Assembly: GCA_963666485.2 (NCBI GenBank)
Contig: CAXXUO010000003.1
Location: forward strand, 192,001 to 256,000
DNA: 64,000 nt
Direction: 5' to 3'
From: Syntrophorhabdaceae bacterium
GTDB lineage: Bacteria > Desulfobacterota > Syntrophorhabdia > Syntrophorhabdales > Syntrophorhabdaceae
Part shown: positions 49,512 through 59,565 of the stretch, in pieces
How positions within the stretch are numbered: the first letter of the stretch is position 1
How the letters are laid out: each line of letters starts with the position of its first letter
Translations under genes and position numbers: made by a program
Notes under the pieces: model-generated
Seen by the model: only the letters and a program-made list of their open reading frames with translations
Told to the model about the DNA's origin: nothing
Database searches by the model: none

Positions 49512-51302
49512 ATGGATGAAATAGCCGGAATATCCGAGATAGCGAAACGCGTTGCCAGGATTGTACCGGGTACCGAGGAACAGTTCCTTCTCATCGGTTC
49601 CCGTCTGAACAGGGTGTATAGCGATGTCGAGAACATTGCGAAGCTGGCGTCCGACCTTGTCGGCCTGCTCGACAGTTCGGCGATGAAGGGCACTATCGCG
49701 CAATTCCGCGAGGTCCTGAGCCAGCTGGAAAGGTACATAGAAAGCTTTCACCACAGATTCGAATCGGGCTATGCGGCCCTGAAGGATGTGGGCAACGCTG
49801 TCTCCGACGTCGGCGAGCCGATGGCTAATTTTCGGAAGATCGTCAAAAAATTGAAAATACTCGGTATATCGACCAAGATAGAAAGCGCACAGCTCAACAA
49901 AATGGAAATAGACTTCGTCAACCTGGCCGGGGATGTGGAGCAGCTGTCCGAGCTGATTCGTGATAAATCCGCTGCGATCGAAAAGCACCGGGAGGGCCTC
50001 ATGGCCCTGACCCAGGGTACACTGATGAAAATCTTCCAGATCAACCAGAAAAGCAGGAATTTCACAAGTGCCGCCCTCGCAGACATCAATTCGAGCATCG
50101 TCGTGCTCGAGGAGCGCAACGAGCTTTCATTCGGCACGGCGGATTCAATTCTCAGCCGCTCTCATGCAACGAGAGAACAGGTGGGCGAAGTTGTCATGTC
50201 CATGCAGTTTCATGACATCACCCGCCAGCAGATCGAGCATATCGTTGAGGTTCTCGAGGCGTTGGAAAAGAGGCACGGGACGAGTTCCCCGATCGAGGGA
50301 GATGATCACAATGGAATGGTGTTCGCCGAAGCGCTGGTGGTGTCCGAACTGCAGAGGGCTCAGCTCGTTGATGCCCGTGATAAGTTCATAAAGGCCGTAC
50401 GCGTTATCATGCACAATCTCCGCGGGATATCCGTGAATATCGGCCGGATTATCGATGAAATTCAGAAAATGACGGGTGCCACGGATGTCTCATCCGACAA
50501 TTTCCTGTCCAATATTGAAACTGCGACGGGTGCCGTCATGGACAAGATTGACAGCGGCAACAGGGCGGAGGATGAGTTCAATGATGCCATGATCGAACTT
50601 TCCACGGCTGTCTCCACCATAGCCGGCCTTGTCGATGATATAGAGGAAATAGGTGAAGAGATAGAGCTGATCGCGATCAATGCCCGGGTCAAGGCCGCCA
50701 GGACTGGTGAAGAAGGGGCGCCGCTTGGTGTTATTGCTGAAGCGATATGGCATCTTTCGCTAGACGCGACATCGCAGAAATCGGTCATCTCCGGCCTGCT
50801 CAAAAAGGTCGTGACGGCAACGGAAGGGCTGCGATCAGCGACCGCTGCCGAAAGGTCCGATACGGACGCCTCCGGGACCATTGCGGAACTTTCCGGGATT
50901 GTCGAGGCCCTGAGACGAATGAAAGATGACGTAACGCAGCTCGTCAACGAGATTGGATCAGCCAGCCGGAGCTTGTCGGGCCTTATCGGGGAGACGATCG
51001 CCGATATTACGGTGCACGATGACCTTGAGTCCGATATCGGGAATACCTGCGCTGTTTTTGATGAGTTCATCATGCAGGCGAAGCAGAATGTTACGCCGGC
51101 CGAAATAGATGAAGCCCGGCGGCAATCGTTCGAGTATATCCAGGAAAATTATACGATGCAGAGGGAAAGGGCTATACATTACAGTATAGCCTCGAACGTA
51201 ATACCGATAGACGCCAGGGCGAAAGACCAGGGGGCAGCCCCGGAGATCTTTGATGACGCAACCGGCTCCGAGGAGTTAGGCGATAACGTGGAGCTGTTTT
51301 GA
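49512..51302 (+). CDS. Soluble atypical MCP-like chemotaxis protein
   Basis: No TM helix; degenerate MCP hairpins (IELIAINARVKAARTGEEG); motifs MQFHDITRQQIEH, YTMQRER and C-terminal DNVELF. Confidence 0.8.
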   Translation: MDEIAGISEIAKRVARIVPGTEEQFLLIGSRLNRVYSDVENIAKLASDLVGLLDSSAMKGTIAQFREVLSQLERYIESFHHRFESGYAALKDVGNAVSDVGEPMANFRKIVKKLKILGISTKIESAQLNKMEIDFVNLAGDVEQLSELIRDKSAAIEKHREGLMALTQGTLMKIFQINQKSRNFTSAALADINSSIVVLEERNELSFGTADSILSRSHATREQVGEVVMSMQFHDITRQQIEHIVEVLEALEKRHGTSSPIEGDDHNGMVFAEALVVSELQRAQLVDARDKFIKAVRVIMHNLRGISVNIGRIIDEIQKMTGATDVSSDNFLSNIETATGAVMDKIDSGNRAEDEFNDAMIELSTAVSTIAGLVDDIEEIGEEIELIAINARVKAARTGEEGAPLGVIAEAIWHLSLDATSQKSVISGLLKKVVTATEGLRSATAAERSDTDASGTIAELSGIVEALRRMKDDVTQLVNEIGSASRSLSGLIGETIADITVHDDLESDIGNTCAVFDEFIMQAKQNVTPAEIDEARRQSFEYIQENYTMQRERAIHYSIASNVIPIDARAKDQGAAPEIFDDATGSEELGDNVELF

Positions 51303-51338
51303 TACACGAATCTGACGATATGCAACAAGGAGGCATGT

Positions 51339-51704
51339 GTGACGAAACGTATAATGACCGTTGATGATTCGGTGAGTGTCCGGCAGATGGTCAGCTTCAC
51401 GCTCAAGAATGCCGGGTATGAGACAGTTGAAGCAAGCGACGGGAAAGACGCTCTTGCAAAGCTCAGCGGTTCCGGGGTCAATATGATACTCACGGACCTG
51501 AACATGCCCAATCTCGACGGCATCGGCCTGATAAAAGAGGTCAGGACAAAGCCGGAGTATAAGTTCATCCCCATCGTCATGCTGACCACGGAGTCGCAGG
51601 ATAGCAAGAAAATGGAGGGGAAGAGCGCCGGCGCCACAGGCTGGATAGTAAAGCCTTTCAAACCGGACCAGCTCCTGGCCGTTATTAAGAAAGTTCTGGG
51701 CTAG
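51339..51704 (+). CDS. cheY: Chemotaxis response regulator CheY
   Basis: Motifs IMTVDDS, TDLNMP, MLTTES and GWIVKPF; AAGGAGG RBS with a GTG start. Confidence 0.93.
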   Translation: MTKRIMTVDDSVSVRQMVSFTLKNAGYETVEASDGKDALAKLSGSGVNMILTDLNMPNLDGIGLIKEVRTKPEYKFIPIVMLTTESQDSKKMEGKSAGATGWIVKPFKPDQLLAVIKKVLG

Positions 51705-51709
51705 GGTTC

Positions 51710-52594
51710 ATGATGGGACAGACCGATACGTCAATGGGCCAGGCCCGCGACCTTAACGCGATAAAGATGTCGGGCAGGCTCTTTTCCGAGCTCAGCCAGT
51801 TCATTTACGATGAAGTCGGGATAAATATCACGCCCGTAAAAAAGGTCATGCTCGAGGGCAGGCTGCACAAAAGGCTTCGGAGCCTCGGCATGGTAAGCTT
51901 TGAGGAATATCGCGACTACCTGTTCAGTGATGAGGGGAAATCGAGCGAGCTGGCATTCATGATCGACGAGGTCACCACCAACAAAACGGACTTCTTTCGG
52001 GAGCCGGCCCATTTCCAGTTCCTGACGTCGCACGTATTGCCGGCCCTTTTCAAGAGCGAAAAATATACGGCGTCCAACAAGCTCACGATCTGGAGCGCAG
52101 GATGTTCGAGCGGTGAGGAACCCTATACGATCGCGATGGTGGTGAAAGACCATATGGCCGACAACGGGGAGCGCCCATTCCAGGTCATAGCGACCGATAT
52201 CTCGCGCCGGATGCTTGATAAAGGCTGCAAGGCCGTGTACGAAATAGAAAAGACCATTCCCATCCCGAACCCCATCAAGAAGAAGTTTCTCTTGAGGAGC
52301 AAAAATCCGGCAGTCGGCGTTGTCAGGATCGCACCGGAGATACGCTCCTGCGTGGCCTTTCGCAGGCTTAATTTCATGGATTACGATTTCGGTTTTCGGG
52401 AACAGATAGACGTTATCTTCTGCCGGAACGTCATTATATATTTTGACAAGATGGTCCAGGAAAAACTGCTCAATAAGTTTTGCCAGTGCATGAAAAAGGG
52501 TGGCTTTATTTTTATGGGGCACTCGGAGACGTTATTCGGGATGGAACTGCCGCTCGAACAGGTTTCACCGACCGTTTACAGGAAATACAAATAG
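51710..52594 (+). CDS. cheR: Chemotaxis methyltransferase CheR
   Basis: Motifs [33 protein letters not shown] and GHSE. Confidence 0.96.
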   Translation: MMGQTDTSMGQARDLNAIKMSGRLFSELSQFIYDEVGINITPVKKVMLEGRLHKRLRSLGMVSFEEYRDYLFSDEGKSSELAFMIDEVTTNKTDFFREPAHFQFLTSHVLPALFKSEKYTASNKLTIWSAGCSSGEEPYTIAMVVKDHMADNGERPFQVIATDISRRMLDKGCKAVYEIEKTIPIPNPIKKKFLLRSKNPAVGVVRIAPEIRSCVAFRRLNFMDYDFGFREQIDVIFCRNVIIYFDKMVQEKLLNKFCQCMKKGGFIFMGHSETLFGMELPLEQVSPTVYRKYK

Positions 52595-52640
52595 TGACCG
52601 AAAGAGGGGGCAAAGTCAAAAGACTGCCCGGGGATTTATA

Positions 52641-53711
52641 ATGGAAAAGATCAAGGTTTTGATAGTCGATGACTCGGCGGTGGTCAGGCAGGTCCTCGAA
52701 AACATGTTCGATGCCGATCCGGGCATTGAGGTTGTCGGGTCGGCCCGTGACCCGTTCGTCGCGGCGGACATTTTGAGGCGCGTCGTACCGGATGTGATCA
52801 CTCTCGACGTGGAGATGCCCCGGATGGACGGCCTGACATTCCTGCACAAGATCATGACGCAGAAGCCCATCCCCATCGTCATGTGCTCGAGCCTTACAGA
52901 AAAGAACTCGGAAACAGCAATGAAGGCGCTCGAATACGGAGCGGTCGATATAATAGAAAAACCGCGTATGGGTGTGAAGCAGTTCCTCGAGGAGTCGAAG
53001 GTCATTATTTGCGACAGCGTCAAAGCCGCCGCACAGGCGCGGATCGGCGCACGACCGAAAAAAGCGACCCAGATAAAGGTCGAACCGAAACTGACCGCCG
53101 ATGCCGTCCTTGAAAAACCAACGTCCCGCGCGATGATCCAGACCACGGAAAGCATCGTTGTTGTCGGCGCCTCGACGGGCGGTACCGAGGCCCTCAAGCT
53201 GTTCCTGGAATCTCTTCCCCTTAACTCCCCCGGTATTGTTGTTGTCCAGCATATGCCCGAGAATTTTACGGCAGCTTTTTCCCGGAGGCTCGACGGGATA
53301 TGCCGTGTCACTGTGAAAGAGGCGCAGAACGACGATACAGTCGTCCCCGGGCGGGTCCTCATCGCCCCGGGCAACAAGCATACCCTCCTCAAGAGAAGCG
53401 GTGCACGCTATTATGTCGAGGTAAAGGACGGGCCCCTCGTATCGCGGCACCGGCCATCCGTCGACGTGCTCTTCCGGTCCGCCGCCCGGTATGCCGGCAA
53501 GAATGCGGTCGGCGTGATCATGACAGGAATGGGTGACGATGGCGCGAAAGGCATGCTTGAAATGTTTGAGGCAGGCGCATACACGGTCGCCCAGGATGAA
53601 GCCACCTGCGTCGTTTTCGGCATGCCGAAGGAAGCGATCAAGCTGGGTGCCGTGCGGACAATTTCCCCCCTTGAAGGCATAGCGGGTATTGTGATGAGGG
53701 AGACGAGATAA
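52641..53711 (+). CDS. cheB: Chemotaxis methylesterase CheB
   Basis: Receiver domain followed by [19 protein letters not shown] and MTGMGDDG. Confidence 0.97.
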   Translation: MEKIKVLIVDDSAVVRQVLENMFDADPGIEVVGSARDPFVAADILRRVVPDVITLDVEMPRMDGLTFLHKIMTQKPIPIVMCSSLTEKNSETAMKALEYGAVDIIEKPRMGVKQFLEESKVIICDSVKAAAQARIGARPKKATQIKVEPKLTADAVLEKPTSRAMIQTTESIVVVGASTGGTEALKLFLESLPLNSPGIVVVQHMPENFTAAFSRRLDGICRVTVKEAQNDDTVVPGRVLIAPGNKHTLLKRSGARYYVEVKDGPLVSRHRPSVDVLFRSAARYAGKNAVGVIMTGMGDDGAKGMLEMFEAGAYTVAQDEATCVVFGMPKEAIKLGAVRTISPLEGIAGIVMRETR

Positions 53712-53985
53712 AAGAGACGGTTCCACGTTCCACGGTTCCACGTTCCACGCTAAAAGATTTAGAATGTAAAAAGTAATATGCGATGCTAAAAAGACGAGAT
53801 AAAAGAGACGGTTCCACGTTCCACGGTTCCACGTTCCACGCTAAAAGACTTAAAATATGAAAAAGTAAGAACATTCTATGTATACCACTGAAGTACAATC
53901 AAAACCACCATTGGCGACACTAAGAATCTTAATACTAATACAGTCCAAGTGAAGACGTGGAACGTGGAACGTGGAACCGTCTTTT
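53701..53985. repeat. Tandem duplication (57-bp identical core, 91-bp period) containing TTCCACG heptamers, with an inverted heptamer block
   Basis: 53701-53757 is identical to 53792-53848. The inverted block ACGTGGAACGTGGAACGTGGAACCGTCTTTT lies at 53955-53985. Confidence 0.9.
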
Positions 53986-54014
53986 TGTTGCTATTGTCCC
54001 TTCCGTTTGCAATA

Positions 54015-55880
54015 ATGTCAGATATCATGAAGTTCTTTATCGACGAGAAGGTCCGGCACCCGATCGGGGCGAAGATCCTGGGAATCACGTTCTTTCTTCT
54101 GGTCCTGATGGGGGTCGTGACGTATACGTCCAACACGAACCTCAAGAAGCTCAACGAGGAGCTTTCGATCCTTTCCGGGTATTACATACCGCTCGACCAG
54201 GCGCTTGGCGATCTCAGGATGAATTACACACTCCAAATACTGTCGTTCGAGCGGGTGATCGCGTCACGACCGACCAAGGGCCTGGAAGGTGCGCGCCTGG
54301 AGGGAGAGAAGCTCGCACAGGCGATGCCGTCGTGCAGCCGGGATGATACGAAGGAATTCAGGAACAAGGCCCGGGCAATGTTCCCCGCGGTCGACCAGTA
54401 TAATATGGCCGTGTACGAGATGCAGAGGCATTGCACGGACGTGCAGATCAACCTCACGACCGAGTTATGTGAAAAGGCGCTGGCCACGCCGGTCGTTAAG
54501 AAAAGCCCGGACCTTACCCGCAAATTTACGAAACTCCAGGAGCAGCTCGCCCATATCCCCAAACTTCGCAACGACCTTCACAACGGTATCCTGAAATATA
54601 GCGCCGAGCTTCAGAAAGGCGGCTCGCAATCGGTAGGCCTTCTCGAAGAGCAGTTTGAACAGAACCGCAGGACGGTCGGGATCGAAACGGGCAACATCGC
54701 CAGCCTCCTGCATTCCTATACCCAGGAGGCGGCGAAAAGGGCCAACAGCCTGGAGCGGCAGGCCTTCCGGTTCAACTGGAGCATGACGCTCGCTGCGGCC
54801 ATATTCGGGCTCATCTGCGCCGTTTTCCTGACGAGGAACCTAGTGCAGCCTATACGAAACCTCCTGACGGGGGCAAAAGAGATACGGGACGGGAACCTGA
54901 ATATCCAGGTGAAGGTCGACAGCGCCGACGAGATCGCCCTTCTGGCGCAATCATTCAATTATATGGTGACCGGGCTCAAGGAAAAAGAGACCATCAAGGA
55001 GACCTTCGGGAAGTATCTGGACCCGAAGATCGTCAGCACACTGCTCGAAGGGCAGGCGCTCAGTCAGAGCGGGGAGAAAAGAACAATGACCGTGTTCTTT
55101 TCCGATATCCAGAACTTTACGAACATGAGCGAGCAGCTTGCGCCGAACGTTCTTGTGAAACTGCTGAATCATTATATTACCACCATGTCCGTGCCGATAC
55201 GGAACAATCACGGGATCATAGATAAGTATATCGGGGACGCGATCATGGCCTTCTGGGGCCCGCCTTTTTCCGGTGCCGATGAACATGCGTTCCTGGCATG
55301 CCAGGCCGCTCTCGAACAATACCGCGGGCTCGAGCAATTCCGGCAGACCATTCCGGACATCATCGGCCTGCGCAGGGGAATGCCGGACTTCAACGTCCGC
55401 ATGGGCATCTGCACGGGTGATGTCATAGTCGGGACAGTGGGTTCCGAGATGGCGAAAAGCTACACGGTGATCGGCGATACGGTCAACCTGGCGTCCCGCC
55501 TCGAATCGGCGAACAAACTGTACGGGACCCGGATCATAATCTCGGGAAGCACGTTCGATATGACGAAGGACCATGTAGAGACGAGGGAGCTCGACATTGT
55601 CCGTGTCCTGGGCAAGACCGAACCGGTGCGCATTTTTGAGTTGCTGGGGTTGAAGGGCAATGTCCCGGGACGATCACTGGAGCTTCGCGATGCTTTCGAG
55701 AAGGGTCTCGCTTCTTACCGTACACGGGCCTGGAGGGACGCACGGGGATCATTTGAGGCGTGCCTTGCCATCGACCCGGACGATAAACCTTCGCACCTGT
55801 TCATGTCCCGGATCACCTCTTTCGAATCCAGCCCTCCCGGTGATGGCTGGACCGGGATATGGGACCTCACGAGAAAATGA
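54015..55880 (+). CDS. Membrane class III adenylate/guanylate cyclase (HAMP, cyclase, TPR-like tail)
   Basis: Motifs FFSDIQNFT, IDKYIGDAIMAFWG and TVIGDTVNLASRLE. The Lys in DKY suggests ATP specificity. Confidence 0.92.
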   Translation: MSDIMKFFIDEKVRHPIGAKILGITFFLLVLMGVVTYTSNTNLKKLNEELSILSGYYIPLDQALGDLRMNYTLQILSFERVIASRPTKGLEGARLEGEKLAQAMPSCSRDDTKEFRNKARAMFPAVDQYNMAVYEMQRHCTDVQINLTTELCEKALATPVVKKSPDLTRKFTKLQEQLAHIPKLRNDLHNGILKYSAELQKGGSQSVGLLEEQFEQNRRTVGIETGNIASLLHSYTQEAAKRANSLERQAFRFNWSMTLAAAIFGLICAVFLTRNLVQPIRNLLTGAKEIRDGNLNIQVKVDSADEIALLAQSFNYMVTGLKEKETIKETFGKYLDPKIVSTLLEGQALSQSGEKRTMTVFFSDIQNFTNMSEQLAPNVLVKLLNHYITTMSVPIRNNHGIIDKYIGDAIMAFWGPPFSGADEHAFLACQAALEQYRGLEQFRQTIPDIIGLRRGMPDFNVRMGICTGDVIVGTVGSEMAKSYTVIGDTVNLASRLESANKLYGTRIIISGSTFDMTKDHVETRELDIVRVLGKTEPVRIFELLGLKGNVPGRSLELRDAFEKGLASYRTRAWRDARGSFEACLAIDPDDKPSHLFMSRITSFESSPPGDGWTGIWDLTRK

Positions 55881-55994
55881 TTAAAAAAGCGTGAGTCGTA
55901 AGTCGTAAGAATTATCCCGCAATAACTTCACGCCTCTCCTTACTGATGTATAATAGATACATGACATATCTTGTGATGAATTGGAGGTAGGGCG

Positions 55995-56363
55995 ATGGAT
56001 ACGGGGCACATTGTTCTGTTCATGGTACTGGGATTAGTGGCCGGCGTGTTGAGCGGTCTTATTGGTATCGGGGGCGGGGTTATCGTCGTCCCTGCACTAA
56101 TTCTCCTGTTCGGATTTACACAGCACCAGGCGCAGGGAACGACGCTTGCCCTTCTTGTTCCCCCTATCGGTATACTGGCCGCCCTGTCATACTATCGGCA
56201 GGGAAATGTCAACATAGCGGCCGCAAGTTTCATTGCTATCGGTTTTTTGTTAGGCAGTGTCTTCGGTGCAAAGATAGCTTTAGGCATTTCCGATGTCGTG
56301 CTGAAAAAGATCTTCGGCATATCCCTGTTTCTTATCGCAATACGCATGATTTTTTTTAAATAA
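55995..56363 (+). CDS. Half-size TauE/SafE (sulfite exporter family) membrane protein
   Basis: Motifs GLIGIGGGVIVVPAL and AQGTTLA; four hydrophobic segments; GGAGG RBS. Confidence 0.85.
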   Translation: MDTGHIVLFMVLGLVAGVLSGLIGIGGGVIVVPALILLFGFTQHQAQGTTLALLVPPIGILAALSYYRQGNVNIAAASFIAIGFLLGSVFGAKIALGISDVVLKKIFGISLFLIAIRMIFFK

Positions 56364-56560
56364 CGACAAAAGCCGCCGGAAAATGCGGGGGCCTTTGTCG
56401 CGCCCGCGTTTAAGCTCCAGCGGTACTGCACCCATAAGTTCCTTTTCATATGCATTAATTGACGATATTATATTATTGTTGACCCGGAGTTGTTACCCGG
56501 GCGAAGGTGCCGGCCGGTCATTTAAGGTACGGCGGGCACGGGCAAAATTCGCGGGAGGCT

Positions 56561-59077
56561 ATGTATATGGACCTTGAAGATGTCGAAACTCAGGACCTGA
56601 TTACCATATCATCTGAAGACGTACGCACCGGGCTCAACTCTGACACGATACGGCGCGCCATACTGGAGAACCTGAATTTTATCCAGGGGCGTGTCCCGCG
56701 CATCGCGACGAAGAACGACTGGTACATGGCACTGGCATACACCGTCCGCGACAGGATGCTCAGCCACTGGGTCCGCTCTACCGAAGAGCTTCGCATGAGC
56801 GCACGCGCGGTCTGTTATTTTTCGGCCGAGTTCCTGATGGGGCCGCACCTTGCAAATGCGATGATCAACCTGGGAATCCTGGACCAGACGAGGGAGGCCG
56901 TTCTCAAGCTCGGGCTTGACTTTGACGAGTTGATAGCGCAGGAGACTGAACCGGGTCTCGGCAATGGAGGGCTCGGCCGCCTGGCCGCCTGTTTCCTCGA
57001 TTCAATGGCCACGCAGAAGATCTATGCCCTTGGATATGGCATCAGGTACGAGTTCGGCATCTTCGATCAGGAAATAACCGACGGGTGGCAGCGTGAAATT
57101 ACAGATAAGTGGCTTGCGCTGGGCAATCCCTGGGAAATAGCGCGGCCGGAGATAACCTACTATGTCCAGTTTGGCGGGCACACGGAGCATTACCGGGATG
57201 ATAATGGGTTTGATCGTGTACGCTGGATCCCTGACAGGGTTGTCAGGGGAATGGCATATGACACGCCGGTACCGGGGTATAATGTCGAGATCGTCAACAT
57301 ATTGAGGCTCTGGAAATCAGAGGCGTGTGAGTCATTCGACTTCCAGGCATTCAATACCGGCGACTACGAAGGCGCGGTGGAAGAAAAGATAGCCTCGGAA
57401 ACCATATCGAAGATACTCTATCCCAATGACGAGCCGGCATCCGGTAAAGAATTGAGGCTTTCACAGCAGTATTTTTTCGTATCTTGCTCATTGCAGGACA
57501 TGATCAGGATACATAGCCTGGTCGGCGGGAAGCCGGAGAACCTGCACCAACGATACGCTGTCCAGTTAAACGATACACACCCGTCGATCGCGGTCGCCGA
57601 ACTTATGCGGATTTTGGTCGACATCTACATGATCGATTGGGATACTGCATGGGACATAACGAAGAAAACCTTTGCCTATACGAACCACACACTCCTTCCC
57701 GAAGCGCTCGAGAAATGGCAGATATCCTTGTTCGGTCGCGTTCTGCCGCGGCATCTCGAGATCATTTACGAGATAAACCGGCGCTTTCTGGATGAGGTGC
57801 GGATCTGCCATCCCGGCGACGAAGACCTTGTTCGGCGTGTGTCGCTCATAGATGAAAGCGGGGAGAGGTATGTACGTATGGCCCACCTCGCAACGGTGGG
57901 AGGCCACAGTGTAAACGGGGTGGCAGCCCTGCACACGGAACTCCTGAAGAAAACCATCATGAGGGATTTCCACGAGATGTCCCCGGGTAAGTTCCACAAT
58001 ATTACAAACGGCGTTACGCCGCGCCGGTGGGTGATGGTGAGTAACCCGGTCATGGCAAAGCTCATCACTGACGCGATCGGGGATGGCTGGATCTGCAACT
58101 GTCAAGGACAGATCCGTCGCCTCGAGCCCTTTGCCGACGACGCCGGCTTTCGGCAGGCGTGGTACGAGATGAAGCGTCAGAACAAGATCAGCCTTGCCCG
58201 GACCATTGAAGACCGGACGGGTCTGGCCGTCGATCCGGAGTCCATCTTCGATATCCAGGTGAAACGGATCCACGAATACAAGCGGCAGCACCTCAACGCC
58301 CTTCATGTCATTACGCATTACCTGCACCTGAAGCGCCATACCGACTCCGATATGCCTGCACGTACCGTTATCTTCGGCGGTAAGGCTGCACCCGGATATT
58401 ACATGGCGAAGCTGATCATCAAGCTCATCACGTCGATAGCGGACGTTGTCAATGCCGACCCGGAAACGTCGGGGCGATTGAAGGTCGTGTTCTTTCCCGA
58501 TTTCAATGTAAAGAACGGTCAATTGATCTACCCGGCCGCAGACATCTCGGAACAGATCTCAACTGCGGGAAAAGAGGCCTCGGGGACCGGCAATATGAAG
58601 TTCTCGATGAACGGCGCGCTCACGATAGGCACGCTCGACGGGGCGAATGTCGAAATACGCGAAGAGGTTGGGGCGGAAAATTTCTTCCTCTTCGGGCTCG
58701 ATGCCCGGCAGGTCTTTGAGATGAAAACGCAGGGTTACAATCCCCGCAGGTATTATGAAGAAAACTCGGATTTCCGGGAGGCCATCGATCTGATCAGTTC
58801 CGGTTATTTTTCCGGAGGCGATAGAAACCTTTTCCACCCGCTCGTCGATTCGCTGCTCGATCATGACGAATACATGCTCTGCGCGGATTATCAGGCATAT
58901 ATCGATTGCCAACGCGATATCACGGGCGCATACAGTGACATCGATCGCTGGCTGAAAATGTCCATCATTAACGTCGCCCGGACAGGAAAGTTCTCGTCTG
59001 ACCGGTCGATTCTCGAGTACGCCGGAAAGATATGGAACGTCACACCATTGCGGATACTGGACGAGGAAAAGCCGTAA
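56561..59077 (+). CDS. glgP: Glycogen/starch phosphorylase
   Basis: Motifs GLGNGGLGRLAACF, QLNDTHP, VKRIHEYKRQ and the PLP-binding KEASGTGNMK. Confidence 0.97.
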   Translation: MYMDLEDVETQDLITISSEDVRTGLNSDTIRRAILENLNFIQGRVPRIATKNDWYMALAYTVRDRMLSHWVRSTEELRMSARAVCYFSAEFLMGPHLANAMINLGILDQTREAVLKLGLDFDELIAQETEPGLGNGGLGRLAACFLDSMATQKIYALGYGIRYEFGIFDQEITDGWQREITDKWLALGNPWEIARPEITYYVQFGGHTEHYRDDNGFDRVRWIPDRVVRGMAYDTPVPGYNVEIVNILRLWKSEACESFDFQAFNTGDYEGAVEEKIASETISKILYPNDEPASGKELRLSQQYFFVSCSLQDMIRIHSLVGGKPENLHQRYAVQLNDTHPSIAVAELMRILVDIYMIDWDTAWDITKKTFAYTNHTLLPEALEKWQISLFGRVLPRHLEIIYEINRRFLDEVRICHPGDEDLVRRVSLIDESGERYVRMAHLATVGGHSVNGVAALHTELLKKTIMRDFHEMSPGKFHNITNGVTPRRWVMVSNPVMAKLITDAIGDGWICNCQGQIRRLEPFADDAGFRQAWYEMKRQNKISLARTIEDRTGLAVDPESIFDIQVKRIHEYKRQHLNALHVITHYLHLKRHTDSDMPARTVIFGGKAAPGYYMAKLIIKLITSIADVVNADPETSGRLKVVFFPDFNVKNGQLIYPAADISEQISTAGKEASGTGNMKFSMNGALTIGTLDGANVEIREEVGAENFFLFGLDARQVFEMKTQGYNPRRYYEENSDFREAIDLISSGYFSGGDRNLFHPLVDSLLDHDEYMLCADYQAYIDCQRDITGAYSDIDRWLKMSIINVARTGKFSSDRSILEYAGKIWNVTPLRILDEEKP

Positions 59078-59145
59078 AACGCAGGACGCAAGACGTGAAA
59101 TGAATAGCTGTAAAGGTTCCGATCTTCAGTTTTATATTTTTTTCG

Positions 59146-59173
59146 TTGAACCTTGAACCTTGAACCTTGAACC
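59146..59173. repeat. Heptamer tandem repeat (TTGAACC)x4
   Basis: Read directly from the intergenic sequence. Confidence 0.9.
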
Positions 59174-59252
59174 ATCTTTTCCGTTGATTTATTTCCCGCA
59201 GTCCCGTATAAAGTCTTAAAAAGTACTAACGTTCTTATCCCGGGAAAAACCA

Positions 59253-59561
59253 ATGAAAAGATCCAAGGCTATTACCCTCGTTCTATTGACAGGAACACTT
59301 CTTTTACCTGCCTGTAATGAAGAAGAGAACATGAGAAACAAATACGCCAGCTGGGATGACTGCATAGCCGACTATAAGGACCCTTCTAAATGCACGAGGT
59401 CAGATGAAAGAATGACCCATGGCGGCTATTACTGGCATGGTCCCTGGTATACGGCGTCGCGGTTCAGAAATGCTACGTATAATCCCGGTTATTCGAGCGC
59501 AAGAAGCGTGGGCATCGCCCGCGGCGGTTTCGGGTCATCGGGGCATATGTCGGGGTCGTGA
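59253..59561 (+). CDS. YgiB/DUF1190-like lipoprotein
   Basis: MKRSK..., lipobox LPAC, YASWDDC and C-terminal RGGFG; lies immediately upstream of the GSP-synthase-like gene. Confidence 0.75.
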   Translation: MKRSKAITLVLLTGTLLLPACNEEENMRNKYASWDDCIADYKDPSKCTRSDERMTHGGYYWHGPWYTASRFRNATYNPGYSSARSVGIARGGFGSSGHMSGS

Positions 59562-59565
59562 GGGA

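Noticed and set aside
52512..53741. Long antisense ORFs (for example 409 aa opposite cheB, 350 aa opposite the PAS-LuxR gene, 318 aa opposite glgP)
   Set aside because: Shadow ORFs of GC-rich genes with no recognisable motifs.
53701..53985. CRISPR array
   Set aside because: Only two long copies built from heptamers, with related rather than unique spacers, and no cas genes in the window.
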